IMG/VR virus record: IMGVR_UViG_3300045017_000165
Span: 1 to 64,000 of that record
From: a virus
Length of the DNA stretch: 64,000 nucleotides
Strand: one strand, 5' to 3'
Position numbers and translations under genes: made by a program. Below, piece by piece: positions 8,686-19,340 of this stretch. The notes under the pieces were generated by a model. That model did not search any database. It worked only from the letters and a program-made list of their open reading frames with translations, and was not told the DNA's origin. The stretch's first letter is position 1, and each line of letters opens with the position of its first letter.

Positions 8686-11151
8686 ATGGCTTACAGACCG
8701 ATAGTTTACAACGATGCGGCAGCTACGTTCCAAGTCGTGTCTGGTGCTACGGCTTGTCAGGTTATTGGCGCGAGGAGACTCCCTAATGGTCTTGAAAATC
8801 CAGACCTTTTTAATATTGCTTACAGCCCTTCGACTCGAACGCTTGGTATCTCTTATGGCGCTGGTGCTGCTGTATGGGTAGACGGTACTAAAGTTGATAA
8901 GAGTGGGGCTGAGACTTCTCTTGCGCATGCCAATATTTCTAGGAAGTATTATTTTTACTACACGTATGGCGGTGTGCTTACTGTTTCATCGACTCCTTGG
9001 GACTTGCTGGCGGTAGCACCTTTAGCGGTTGTTTATTACAATGCTACCCTGGCTTCTGCGGTGATATTTGACGAGCGGCACTCTGCAACTGTAGGGCTCG
9101 ATGAGGGTACCCATAAATATTTACACGACACTCAGGGTACGCAGCTCTTGGGGGGATTTGGGATCTCAGGCTATACGCTTAACAGTTCAGGAGCGTCATC
9201 ACTCAGTTACGCGGTAGCGGCTGGTACGATTGCCGATGAAGACGTCCTTCGCAATTGTGCAGAGCTTGTTGATGATGGACCCTACAGAGTTTTCTGGCGT
9301 GCTGGAGCTAGCGGTGAGTGGACCTGGAGTGATACTTCTGTCACAGGTATTATAGAAGGTGGGACTGGAAGTAGTATCGTATACAACCGTTGGAATGGCA
9401 CGGCTTGGGTCCAGACAGAAATCACAGGTCTTTCGAAATGGGTCAACTATTACGTTGTAGTACTTCCTGAGATTAGCGGGGCGTATCGTACCTGCGTGGT
9501 GATGGGGCAAGTTCTTCACAACTCTCTTAGCGCCGCGACTTTTGAAGATCCTACGAGTATTTCAGGTTTAGGCGAACTCGCAGAAGAAGGCGTGATTCTC
9601 TATAAGATGACTTACCAGAGGACAAGCTCATCGCCATCAAATGCTCGACTAGTTAAAGTTCAGTTTATCGGAGCAAGTTTAATTACAGTTGTTAATGAGC
9701 TTGCTTTGAGAAGTCATAGTGGACTGCTCGATAGAAGCGTAAGTGATGCGCACCCTGCGAGTTCTGTGGCGGTATCCGCCGATGTATTTACGAACGTACT
9801 GAGTGGTCTTTCTACACCAACTACGCAGAAAGCTTTGGAAGTGCTGGATGCGGTTGTCATCGATAACACCGATGGTGCGGAGACTAAGAAATCTCCATCA
9901 GTTGCCGCGATGAAAACTTACGTGGCGGGGAACTCAGGGAGTAGTTCTGCTGATAATGTTTCGGTTGATGACAGTACTTTTAGCAAAGTGCTTGGTTCGT
10001 TATCCGCTCCAGCCAACGTTCAAAAAGCTCTTAAAGTTTTAGACTCAGTGGTACTAAATGACACTAGCGGGGATGAAACGCTTCAAGCCCCCTCTATAGC
10101 GGCGATGAAGACTTACGTCGCTACTCACGGTGGATCTGGTGGCACAGCCGCTGAAGATATAAACATTGATGACAGTACGTTTACTACGGTATTGGGCTCC
10201 CTACCAGACCCAAACGCACAGGAAGCATTTAAAGTTTTAGACACGGTGGTGCTAAACACTACCTCTGGAAACGAGACGCTTCAGGCTCCCTCAGTAAGTG
10301 CAACTAAAACCTTACTTGGAGCGCATACAGGTGCTACATCAAATGCACATACTGCTGGGGCTATATCAGTAAATACCTCTACGTTTACTGGTGTCCTCGG
10401 AGGGATCACGCCGGCTACGGCGCAAAACGCTCTTAAAGTATTAGACACGGTAGTTATCGATAGTACTGCTGGAGACGAAACGCTTCAGGCTCCATCAGTC
10501 TCGGCAATGAAGAACTACGTGTCGTCTCACGGCGGGGGTGGCGGCGGACCTATTGATGACAGCGGCTTCGTGGGAGTGCTCGGAGACTTGCCAGAACCCA
10601 CGGCACAAGCGGCATTTGAAGTTCTAGATTTGGTGGTTTTAAATTCAACAAGCGGGAATCAAACTCTTCAAGCTCCATCAATCGCCGCGATGAAGTCTTA
10701 TGTGGCGGCGGCTACTGGTAGTCGACTTGAAATACCGGAGGTAGCCGGAGAGACGTTTGAAGCTAATAAAACGCATGTGGTTAGGTACTCCGGTACATTG
10801 AGTCGAGTCTATAAAGCCACGAAGTTAACCACTACAGCTAATGGTTTTTGGGCAATCGGAGTGCTGCAGACCACGACAGAAATAGCTGCGGGTGATCCGT
10901 GTGTCATAGTTACCATTGGAGAGATAAACTTAAAGTCGGGCGATCCGCTACTCTCTACTGGTAGCGCTGGGAGTCCTCTTTTCCTTGGTGACGGCGGTAC
11001 GTTTAGTGAGCTGGCTCCGGGATCGGGATTAGCCGCCGGCACGGAATATGCGTCATGTGTAATAGGTAATATAAAATTTAGGTCTGGAACCCCGCAAAAT
11101 ACGGTGATTTTCGTTAGACCTCTGCAGTATTTTGGCACGGACGTAGCTTAG
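8686..11151 (+). CDS. long tail fibre-like protein with five internal ~65-70 aa repeats
   Basis: Repeat DDSTF..VLG.L..P..Q.AL.VLD.VV...T.G.ETLQAPS..AMK.YV occurs five times. N-terminal domain is shared with 11163, 12578 and 24467. Confidence 0.65.
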   Translation: MAYRPIVYNDAAATFQVVSGATACQVIGARRLPNGLENPDLFNIAYSPSTRTLGISYGAGAAVWVDGTKVDKSGAETSLAHANISRKYYFYYTYGGVLTVSSTPWDLLAVAPLAVVYYNATLASAVIFDERHSATVGLDEGTHKYLHDTQGTQLLGGFGISGYTLNSSGASSLSYAVAAGTIADEDVLRNCAELVDDGPYRVFWRAGASGEWTWSDTSVTGIIEGGTGSSIVYNRWNGTAWVQTEITGLSKWVNYYVVVLPEISGAYRTCVVMGQVLHNSLSAATFEDPTSISGLGELAEEGVILYKMTYQRTSSSPSNARLVKVQFIGASLITVVNELALRSHSGLLDRSVSDAHPASSVAVSADVFTNVLSGLSTPTTQKALEVLDAVVIDNTDGAETKKSPSVAAMKTYVAGNSGSSSADNVSVDDSTFSKVLGSLSAPANVQKALKVLDSVVLNDTSGDETLQAPSIAAMKTYVATHGGSGGTAAEDINIDDSTFTTVLGSLPDPNAQEAFKVLDTVVLNTTSGNETLQAPSVSATKTLLGAHTGATSNAHTAGAISVNTSTFTGVLGGITPATAQNALKVLDTVVIDSTAGDETLQAPSVSAMKNYVSSHGGGGGGPIDDSGFVGVLGDLPEPTAQAAFEVLDLVVLNSTSGNQTLQAPSIAAMKSYVAAATGSRLEIPEVAGETFEANKTHVVRYSGTLSRVYKATKLTTTANGFWAIGVLQTTTEIAAGDPCVIVTIGEINLKSGDPLLSTGSAGSPLFLGDGGTFSELAPGSGLAAGTEYASCVIGNIKFRSGTPQNTVIFVRPLQYFGTDVA

Positions 11152-11162
11152 GAGGGATTGAG

Positions 11163-12581
11163 ATGTCGAAAATAGTTCAATTGAAATCTGGTCTTCCTAG
11201 CGGTGGATTTAAAACCGGTGCAGACGCTTGCGCAGAGCTTGGCGCTGCTGTCGTATCAAATGGATTTGAAGATATGACAAAAGTGTCTTTGCAATATTCT
11301 TATCCAAGCACGCTAACGGTTACTCATCTTGAAGGTTCTGCTGTTTGGGTAAAGGGTCTACGTTACAGCAAATTAGGGGTAGAGAGCCTCACTCATTCTA
11401 CAGGAGAAGGAAGTCACTTCATTTACTATAACGCTTCTGGAGTACTGACGTCATCTTTCGGTCCAACTATCAGTTCAGTTAAGTGGGATTATTTAAATAC
11501 TACGCCAGTTGCGCTCTGCTTAAAAAGTAATCAAGTAATAGACAATAGATGCGCGGACGCGCGTCGTCCTGCCAGGGGAATACATGACCTGAAGAGAGCC
11601 TCTGATATGGATTCCGGCACTGCTTGCAAAAAAGCGAGTGGTTTTGAAATAGCGGATTATCTGATAGGAGTCTCGTCATCTGATGGACTTATCTACTCAA
11701 TTTCACCTGGTATAACTTCTTACGGTGACAAGCTTGAGAGTTACTCCGGCAAGTCAACTTCAGACAGCATATACTCGTGGGCTTTGAACGGAGTAGATGC
11801 TGCGTGGAACTATAGCGTTAACGTGTATGGATTTAGAGTTTCTCCAATTCAATACAATACCTTTTCAGGTGGGAGTTGGACTACCGTAAATGTTCCTGTC
11901 GGGTACTTCGTTAACTACTACGTTGTAGCCTTACCTATGGTTCTATCCTCGATGCGGATAGGAACGATCGTAGGTAGACAAATTTACAGCACGCTGGCGG
12001 AAGCCGTAGCAGAAGATAAATCCTCGGTTATGCCTGGCATGCGCGCATTTGATAGCCCCGTGTTTTTGTATAAGATCACTTACGAGCGCACGGCAGCGGC
12101 AGGACTTTACTACACTAGAATCATGAACGTGCATAAGTTCATGACTAGTGCGGAACATCAGGACCCGCTCACTACGGGGAAGCATATTGCGGAGTCAGTA
12201 TCGCACACTAGCCGGACACTTCCTTTAAATAAGACCGCAGAGTTAGGCAGCGCTATTAATAAATTGGGTGAAACTGCGAAGTTTTCCCTCAATTTAAATA
12301 TTAACGACCCGTATGAAAAAACCTACTACTTCACTCTTTCTGCCAAGGTGGCGTTTAAAATAAATGCGCTGACGGTGAAAACTGGTAGAGGTTCTGTAGT
12401 GTTGAAAATTCAGGTAAACGGTGTGGACGTACCGACTAGCACCACTACAGCGACGATGAGTATTTCGGAGAAAACGTTTACTACGGGTAACACGGTAAAT
12501 GCGGGCGACCGTGTGATGTTAGTTATAACCTCAATATCTGGTAAGGATTTGGTAGCGGAGATTCATGGAGAAGTTGTATGA
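11163..12581 (+). CDS. virion fibre-like protein (paralog family of 8686)
   Basis: Shares IYYN.SGVL and FVNYYV...GxQ...LYKITYER motifs with neighbours. Confidence 0.55.
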   Translation: MSKIVQLKSGLPSGGFKTGADACAELGAAVVSNGFEDMTKVSLQYSYPSTLTVTHLEGSAVWVKGLRYSKLGVESLTHSTGEGSHFIYYNASGVLTSSFGPTISSVKWDYLNTTPVALCLKSNQVIDNRCADARRPARGIHDLKRASDMDSGTACKKASGFEIADYLIGVSSSDGLIYSISPGITSYGDKLESYSGKSTSDSIYSWALNGVDAAWNYSVNVYGFRVSPIQYNTFSGGSWTTVNVPVGYFVNYYVVALPMVLSSMRIGTIVGRQIYSTLAEAVAEDKSSVMPGMRAFDSPVFLYKITYERTAAAGLYYTRIMNVHKFMTSAEHQDPLTTGKHIAESVSHTSRTLPLNKTAELGSAINKLGETAKFSLNLNINDPYEKTYYFTLSAKVAFKINALTVKTGRGSVVLKIQVNGVDVPTSTTTATMSISEKTFTTGNTVNAGDRVMLVITSISGKDLVAEIHGEVV

Positions 12582-13991
12582 GTAAGATGCTTGCCCTTAC
12601 CGCAGGTATTCCTACGGGCGCTGCGACTGCTACTGCTGCGCAAGCGCGCTCGAGTATCGGAGCTAGTCAATCACCTAGCGGAGTGGAAGATCCTTCTAAA
12701 TTTAGTTTTAATTTTACTGCCCCTAATTTTGTGGTCACTTACACAGAAGGGGCTGCGGTGATGGTAGCAGGAAATCGCTACGAGAAGAGTGGAAACGAGT
12801 CGCTGGTACTGCCAGCTTTTACCACAGGCAGATGGTACATTTATTACAACACCTCGGGAGTGCTTTCGCAAACGTACAAGGATTTCGGCGAGAGTTATGC
12901 GTGGGATTGGCATAATACGGTGCCTGTAGCGATACTGATGGCGGGTGTAGGAGTTATTTTAAACTTCATGCATTTGCCGATTAAGACGGACTTGGAGCGA
13001 GATAACGCTACGTGGGATGCCGCTATTTTATCTGGGCTTAATATTTATGGCTTCTCTATTGGTAGCGCCACTTTAGATGCACTCACCTACGGGATTATTG
13101 CGGGGGTCATTCACCAACGGCGATAAAGTTTTTAGCTGCGCAGAGATCGTAGAAGGCAACGCAATTAACGTGTATAGGCGTGATGGTGCGGCTGGGGGTT
13201 GGCTAATAGCGAGTGACTCAAGCGGTCTACTGACTAGTGGACTCTCCTATAACTATTGGGACACTACTACCTGGCAGAACGTTGCTCTATCTACGGGCGA
13301 GTTTGTTAATTACTACGTCATCGGATGGGATACGCTCGACGCGTCTCCAGATGTTGTAGTTATTCAAGGGCAACATAAGTTTTCGGTTTTACAAGACGCG
13401 CTTGACGAAACCTATTCATCCCTATCAGGCACGGAAACTTGGGCTGGTGCTGAAGCTCCAATTTATAAGATAACGTATGAACGAACCTCTAGTGGCTCTC
13501 CTTACTTTGCTAAGATAGCGCACGTTAGCAGGATCACAGCGCTTTCTGAAGAACTTCATCAGAAAAGTGACACAACATCGGCGCACGATGCTTCAATGAT
13601 TTCGTTTTCTCCGGTACCGACAGCTGTAGCGCTTGCGGGCAAAACTACCGCTGAGGACGCACTTAATAAACTAGGAGACGTGTCGAAAGTGGCGATGAAC
13701 CTACAGATAGAAGTGCCACTAAATAAGACCTATTACTATACGCTGTCATCTAAGTTAGCTTTCAATTTAACGAAACTATCTGCGCTAGCCGTCTCTGGAG
13801 CTATGACGGTTAGCATCAAGATTAATGGCGTGGAATTAACGGGAAGCTCGACAGCAGTAGGTAACACTTTAGTTGAGAAATCGTTTTCTTCAGGCAACGC
13901 TGTGGCAGTGGGAGATTCGGTGGCATTAGTTGTTGTGGTTACTAGTGCTGGAACCGACCTTATTGCTGAGATTTCTGGAGATATAGTATGA
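12578..13991 (+). CDS. paralog of 11163..12581 split by a +1 frameshift in a G5 run (13102-13106)
   Basis: ORF 12578..13126 matches the N-half and ORF 13077..13991 the C-half of 11163..12581. Removing one G joins LTYGIIAG to SFTNGDK (paralog: LIYSISPGITSYGDK). Confidence 0.7.
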
Positions 13992-14179
13992 TCATCTACA
14001 CCTCACAAATAATATCACCCGACTTAAGCGGCGGAGCATTAGTTTGGGGTATGGAAATGGATTTAGTGTATGATGCGGAGCCAATGGTTTTTTACTTCGT
14101 GGATAAAAAATCTTCATCAAACAACGACTCAACGCTCTATTATAATGCTGAGCCATTCGTTACGTTTAAAGCGGAGTAA
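13988..14179 (+). CDS. small hypothetical protein
   Basis: 63 aa ORF with ATGA coupling to the upstream gene. Confidence 0.5.
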   Translation: MIIYTSQIISPDLSGGALVWGMEMDLVYDAEPMVFYFVDKKSSSNNDSTLYYNAEPFVTFKAE

Positions 14180-14186
14180 ACGATAA

Positions 14187-16178
14187 ATGACTATCTACTA
14201 CTGTGATCCTATTAACGGGAACGACGCTAACGACGGCTTGAGCATGGCGACAGCGCTTAAAAACTTTTCCGTTACCGGTAAGAACATAACCGCCGGTAAT
14301 GAACTTCGTGTGAAAGCATCTCCAGACTCAACATCGCTCGGTCAAGCAGCTACGTGGACACTGGGTAGTCGCACTGTCACGCTAACTTCTGCGGTTACGC
14401 AAACGATTGATAACTGCGAAAGTGGGTGGGTAGGGGCTCCTAATATCACAGCCTCCCATGTCACTTCAGTTAAAGAGGGGAACACGCGGCTATCTATCAC
14501 CGCACTAGCGGCATTCGTCTCGGGACTGGTTGCGTATAAGACGCTGCCCTCAACACTTAATCTTTCTTCTTACCAGCAGATATCATTTTGGGTGTTTGCC
14601 AATAATGCAGGAATGCAGCTTACTGGCGCGAGTCGTTGGCAAATATGCCTTTGCTCTGACACTGTCGGCGCTGTTCCGCTCGACTCTTTTATCTTGCCAG
14701 CCACGGGAGTTACAACGCAGCTCTGGCATCCGTACACACTTGATAAAGGTTCTCCGCTTAGTGATGGAATTAATTCGATCGCTCTTTATGCGCTAAACGA
14801 TCCGGGTACGACTGCTGGGATTATCAGTCTTGATAATATTATCGCCTGTAAAGCGCCGTCAGCCCCCGACTCGCTGACACTTAATTCCTTGATAGGTAAG
14901 AACGATAGCGATAAACACTGGTATCCAATCAAGAGTATAAACGATACTACGATAATTCTAGATGGAACGTCGCAGTCAGATAAGAATACCGGACGCGGAT
15001 ACTCAAGACCTACAGAGACTGCTACTGCACATAAACGTGAGTGCTTTAGTACTCTAGAAAAAGCGGTGTCAGCCACAACGACTGTCATCAATTCTCTAGA
15101 TCGAGGATCTACAACTTTTACATCGGAGCTTTATAGAAAATACTCTGGCGGTTGGGTTAACGACACTGATCAGACTGGGGAAACTTGGTTTGATGGGTAT
15201 CACGGCTACGGCTTCTGCTTTGATACTACGTCCTACCTTACTCACGCGGATCGCTTCGGTGCAGTAAGATACTACCGCGGTTTTAACGGTGGCACTGGCT
15301 CCATGGAATTTAAGATCACCAACTGCTATGCGGTCGGTAATACTGACGCGGCGTTATACACAAATAACACAGCCGCTACTCTTAACGCTGATGGACTAAG
15401 ACTGGTGAGTAATGGCAACTACCCTAGTACTGGGTACAAGACTATCTTAACCAACTGTCATTTTATTGCTGGGCTATCTATTGGTTTATACGCGGATAAG
15501 GGCGGTGCTTTAATAAAAGACTGCACTTTCTTAAATAATGGAAGTAGAGGTATTGTTATCTTTGCCGGCACCGTAAAAATGCGAAATTGCCATTTTAAAA
15601 GTAACGCTAGTTCAAGCGTAGAAGCCAATAATCAGACCGGAGTGATAGTCTATCTATATGACTGCTTATTGGAAGATCCCAGTGAGTTTGCGGGTGTTAC
15701 TGGAGGGTATAGCAACAGTCGTTTTTATTCGCAGCACCACGATCGTATTAACGGTAATCATGTAATACTTAGCAGTTTTGGGCGTACACAGACTGATAGT
15801 ACTACTGTTCGCATCTCGCCTGTTTCCTGGAAGACCACCATTTACTATGATACATATACTACGACCAGCTCGAGATACCCAATCTACTTTACGATAGCGA
15901 AGATATACGCAAAAGCTAATGTAGCTACGACGGTAAAGGCTTGGGGAAGACGCAGTCACGTGGGCGTTACGGGTTCGTTAGTTTGCCCGGGGGGTCAAAT
16001 TGCTGGAGTAGATAATGATGTCGTGAGCAGCGTGACCGCAGCAATTAATCTGTGGCAAGAGTTAACCATAACCTTTATGCCAACAGTTGATGGTCCTGTA
16101 GAAATACAGGCGCAGTGTTATGCTACCGGAATTCTGCTAAATACTGAGTTTTATATTACAGACATGTCCATAACTTAA
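14187..16178 (+). CDS. right-handed beta-helix (pectin lyase-like) virion protein / possible depolymerase
   Basis: N-terminal YYCDPINGNDANDGLS motif, followed by Asn/Cys ladder repeats (ITNCYAVGN, LTNCHF, IKDCTFLNN, MRNCHFKSN). Confidence 0.65.
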   Translation: MTIYYCDPINGNDANDGLSMATALKNFSVTGKNITAGNELRVKASPDSTSLGQAATWTLGSRTVTLTSAVTQTIDNCESGWVGAPNITASHVTSVKEGNTRLSITALAAFVSGLVAYKTLPSTLNLSSYQQISFWVFANNAGMQLTGASRWQICLCSDTVGAVPLDSFILPATGVTTQLWHPYTLDKGSPLSDGINSIALYALNDPGTTAGIISLDNIIACKAPSAPDSLTLNSLIGKNDSDKHWYPIKSINDTTIILDGTSQSDKNTGRGYSRPTETATAHKRECFSTLEKAVSATTTVINSLDRGSTTFTSELYRKYSGGWVNDTDQTGETWFDGYHGYGFCFDTTSYLTHADRFGAVRYYRGFNGGTGSMEFKITNCYAVGNTDAALYTNNTAATLNADGLRLVSNGNYPSTGYKTILTNCHFIAGLSIGLYADKGGALIKDCTFLNNGSRGIVIFAGTVKMRNCHFKSNASSSVEANNQTGVIVYLYDCLLEDPSEFAGVTGGYSNSRFYSQHHDRINGNHVILSSFGRTQTDSTTVRISPVSWKTTIYYDTYTTTSSRYPIYFTIAKIYAKANVATTVKAWGRRSHVGVTGSLVCPGGQIAGVDNDVVSSVTAAINLWQELTITFMPTVDGPVEIQAQCYATGILLNTEFYITDMSIT

Positions 16179-16193
16179 ACGAGGTGCTAAAAA

Positions 16194-16583
16194 ATGATGC
16201 TTCTAATAATCTCCCTACTAATATGCATAGCCGCTTTTGCAAACGCGGTAATGGATAAATTAAGCTTTCACTTTGACGAGTCAGTGTTTAAGAACTTCGC
16301 TTGGCTGGATCCTAATAAAAGCTGGAAAAATAAGTGGAAAAATGGAGACCCGAAGCAAGGCGAGCGCTTTTGGCTAAGCTCTACGCTTTTAGTGGCAACT
16401 ACCGATCTTTGGCACTTTGCTAAGTTGGTGATGATTAGTTGCTTGGTGGGCGCAGCTGCTGTGCCACTTACCGCACCATTATTTAACTCGGCATGGGGCA
16501 TTGTCGGACTGTTCGTAGGGCTCAAGATCCTTTACAGTGGCGTGTTTCACATCTTTTTTACTTACGTGCTAAAAAGTAGTTAA
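16194..16583 (+). CDS. multi-pass membrane protein
   Basis: Three hydrophobic segments, plus W-rich loop SWKNKWKNGDP and TDLWH motif. Confidence 0.6.
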   Translation: MMLLIISLLICIAAFANAVMDKLSFHFDESVFKNFAWLDPNKSWKNKWKNGDPKQGERFWLSSTLLVATTDLWHFAKLVMISCLVGAAAVPLTAPLFNSAWGIVGLFVGLKILYSGVFHIFFTYVLKSS

Positions 16584-16625
16584 GACTGTATACTGGGAAT
16601 CCTGGAAGGCTGCGAGAATACCAAA

Positions 16626-16883
16626 ATGACCACCAACCAAAAAAACGGTATCTATTGTGATGATATCATTGAAGTAAGGGTGTTCGTCGCTCGGATAGAC
16701 GAGCGTCTCAAGAGTATTGAGAGTAAACTCGATAGCACTTTAAAACAGACGGAGGAGCTGGACACCAGAATTCAGCGTCATGAAAAATCTATCACCAACT
16801 TTAAGTCCGACCAAAAGTGGATTGTAGGAATCTTCAGCACTTTATTCACAATAGCTATCTCTGTTTTCAAATTCTCTAAATAA
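16626..16883 (+). CDS. coiled-coil protein with C-terminal TM helix (XhlA/holin-accessory-like)
   Basis: ARIDERLKSIESKLD coiled coil followed by WIVGIFSTLFTIAISVF. Confidence 0.5.
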   Translation: MTTNQKNGIYCDDIIEVRVFVARIDERLKSIESKLDSTLKQTEELDTRIQRHEKSITNFKSDQKWIVGIFSTLFTIAISVFKFSK

Positions 16884-16934
16884 ATACTATAATAAAAGTG
16901 TGTAGGGGTGGACCCTCACAGAGGAGGAATTGGT

Positions 16935-17156
16935 ATGGAATTTGACCAGATTACTTTGTTCCTTAAGGGATTAACGCCCTGGATGGGTAACGTCCTTATG
17001 ATTCTGGGGGGACTTACTGTCATCGGTACTGCTGTGGATAAATACATCCCAGATTCAGTTGATAATGGTTTCATGAAAAAAGCCTACGAGATTCCCTTTA
17101 TCGGGGGCTTGCTTAAATCTCTAGCCAAATTCAGTCCTTTCAACGTTCGCGAATAA
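16935..17156 (+). CDS. small membrane protein, putative holin
   Basis: GGAGGA RBS precedes the ATG at 16935. Contains a TM segment and lies in a cluster of membrane genes. Confidence 0.4.
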   Translation: MEFDQITLFLKGLTPWMGNVLMILGGLTVIGTAVDKYIPDSVDNGFMKKAYEIPFIGGLLKSLAKFSPFNVRE

Positions 17157-17164
17157 CACATACT

Positions 17165-17198
17165 AAGCGGACTCCGTTAGCGCGGGGTCCGCTTTTTT
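17165..17198 (+). terminator. intrinsic terminator
   Basis: AAGCGGACTCCG/CGGGGTCCGCTT stem followed by a T run. Confidence 0.75.
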
Positions 17199-17211
17199 AG
17201 GGAGATTCATT

Positions 17212-18195
17212 ATGAAAGTTGCCCACCTACTCGCCTTAACTCTCTCACTAGTACTCTTTAGTTGTTGTGGCAAACCCATTAAAGACGTGGCTGAGTCTCC
17301 GGCGTCATTAAACCAAATGCGCTTAGTAATGCAGGACTCATCTAAGGATAAAACAGTTGGCGTACTCCCAACTATGGACGAGAGTTTTAAGTTCATGGTG
17401 TTTGGCACCGGAACATATTCAGCCAGAGGTTTCTTAAGATGTAGTGGGCATTACGGAGGTTCCTTCAAGGACGCAAATTGGATAACTATAAAACCTCCGA
17501 AGCGTTCTGGTGTTTGCCTCATGCAAGTAGAAGTAAAAGAAAATAGTCTTGACTCGAATATATCAGGTGTATTCATCTCTGAGTTATTCGGAAATCCCGA
17601 TGTACTGCCGCTTAGCATCGACGTAGTGGGAAAGCGTAGGCTAGGTGTTAATGCTATCCAACTGGGCGAGCACCCTGATGGTGGGGTAAGGACGCTCATA
17701 AGTGAAGATACCGCTGTTAAGATTTATACCTCAACTAAAAATGGAACACTTCGCTCCAGATCAAGTTGTAAAGATAAGAGTGGCGAAACGTTTCTGTCAG
17801 ACAGCTTCATCATAGAAGATGGTGTTGTGACGACTGATTTATACCACCTTTATAGAAACTTAGGTGGTATCAACCAATCTTGCGTATTCAAATTTCTGGT
17901 AAATCCCGCCGATTCTCTGAAAGAAGGTGGAACGCTCTACGTCCACGTTTATAAAAAGTTCGGTTCTTGGTTAGAAACGCCATTAGTAGAGCGGCGTGGC
18001 AATAGGTATTGCTTCGAGTTCACCGATCCTTACGTGGTAGGGATGAAAGTAAACGATAAAGCCTCCAGCCTCAATGCGCAGCGGGTATGTTCTCCGCTCA
18101 ACTCCAGATACGAGGTGCTTGGTGTAACTAGCTCACTCCGTCTATTTTATGGGGTGTACGATACTATTCTTAACGATTGGGAGACTATCCAATGA
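17212..18195 (+). CDS. lipoprotein
   Basis: Signal peptide with lipobox-like LFSC(C). Cys-rich mature domain. Confidence 0.55.
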   Translation: MKVAHLLALTLSLVLFSCCGKPIKDVAESPASLNQMRLVMQDSSKDKTVGVLPTMDESFKFMVFGTGTYSARGFLRCSGHYGGSFKDANWITIKPPKRSGVCLMQVEVKENSLDSNISGVFISELFGNPDVLPLSIDVVGKRRLGVNAIQLGEHPDGGVRTLISEDTAVKIYTSTKNGTLRSRSSCKDKSGETFLSDSFIIEDGVVTTDLYHLYRNLGGINQSCVFKFLVNPADSLKEGGTLYVHVYKKFGSWLETPLVERRGNRYCFEFTDPYVVGMKVNDKASSLNAQRVCSPLNSRYEVLGVTSSLRLFYGVYDTILNDWETIQ

Positions 18196-18662
18196 TCTTC
18201 GCAACCGCTCCTTCCCCCCTACCAAGCATAGATGTCGACGTTATTGCCGGCATGCTCCAGAACGCCCTATCGATAGGATCCGCTCTGCCGGGGATACTAG
18301 GCGCTATTTTCGTAGTGTTTATCGCTATCGCCATCAGTCTGCTGCTCATCTCAAAATACTTCGCTGACGAGAACAAACGCCGCGACGAAGCGTATAAAGA
18401 AAGCAAGCGCCTAGAGCACGAGCATAACGCTAATCTTCAGCGTATAGCTGTGGACTATGCCAAAGCCGCAGGTGAGCTCTTGAGCGAGGAATACCGTAAA
18501 GACTACGAACTGTACTCCAAGCTCTTAGCCAATAAAGACTACTCATTTCTAGCTAAAATCGCCAAAGTCTACCACAACGAGTTAGCGGGGTTCATTTATG
18601 ACGAATCTATTGCTCCCCGGGATAGGGCTGCTAGAATAATCCATACAGTAACGGGGCGTTAA
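18192..18662 (+). CDS. membrane protein with coiled coil
   Basis: TM segment ILGAIFVVFIAIAISLLLI followed by a charged helix. ATGA coupling gives the start at 18192. Confidence 0.5.
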   Translation: MIFATAPSPLPSIDVDVIAGMLQNALSIGSALPGILGAIFVVFIAIAISLLLISKYFADENKRRDEAYKESKRLEHEHNANLQRIAVDYAKAAGELLSEEYRKDYELYSKLLANKDYSFLAKIAKVYHNELAGFIYDESIAPRDRAARIIHTVTGR

Positions 18663-18767
18663 TTCGTACTTAAAAACCATACTATCGTTTGGTTTAGTAA
18701 TACGATCTAACGTTGTGTGGTACTTTGTGTTGCCCGTATGATATTCTAGACTTAAGAGGGTTCTATC

Positions 18768-19181
18768 ATGGCGATTATCTATAACTTTTTCGGTCAAGTT
18801 CCCGGCACCGTAGTTTTGCAGACGAACGATAATTTTGATGGATCGTCCCATACCGCAACCCCAGTGATTACTCCTGGTATGGCGGTGTTTCCGGATCAGT
18901 GCCTAGGCGGACTATTTGACTTCCACACTAGACCTCTGACGCATCAGCAAGACTCCATTGATATCAAGGAAATAGCCTGGGAAGGCGTTGGAGCATGTGA
19001 GGTTTACAGAGTATCCCACGGTAGAGAAATTCTTATCCACACCTTCTCTGCCAACGGCGAATACTTTGAAAACATCGTTTTGACACCCACTGAATACCTT
19101 AAGTTTGTGTCGACCGGCACTGCAGGGCATAAGACTGTAGCTGTAACAGCCACGCTTGCCATGAATCCATGGAATGTATGA
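18768..19181 (+). CDS. hypothetical virion protein
   Basis: 137 aa ORF with RBS-like AGAGGG. Confidence 0.5.
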   Translation: MAIIYNFFGQVPGTVVLQTNDNFDGSSHTATPVITPGMAVFPDQCLGGLFDFHTRPLTHQQDSIDIKEIAWEGVGACEVYRVSHGREILIHTFSANGEYFENIVLTPTEYLKFVSTGTAGHKTVAVTATLAMNPWNV

Positions 19182-19340
19182 AATGACGGTTTATAACTTT
19201 GTTACCCCTACAAAAATGAACCGGGCGATTGACGAAGCAATCGATGAAGCGATGGCGAAGAAGCGCGCAAAGAACACGACTGGCGTGATCATAAATTAGA
19301 TTATTTGGCGACTAGTTACGTTTGAGATGGAGACTAATCA

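Noticed and set aside
2-16178. Diversity-generating retroelement acting on fibre genes
   Set aside because: No reverse transcriptase and no template/variable repeat pair differing only at adenines was seen in this window.
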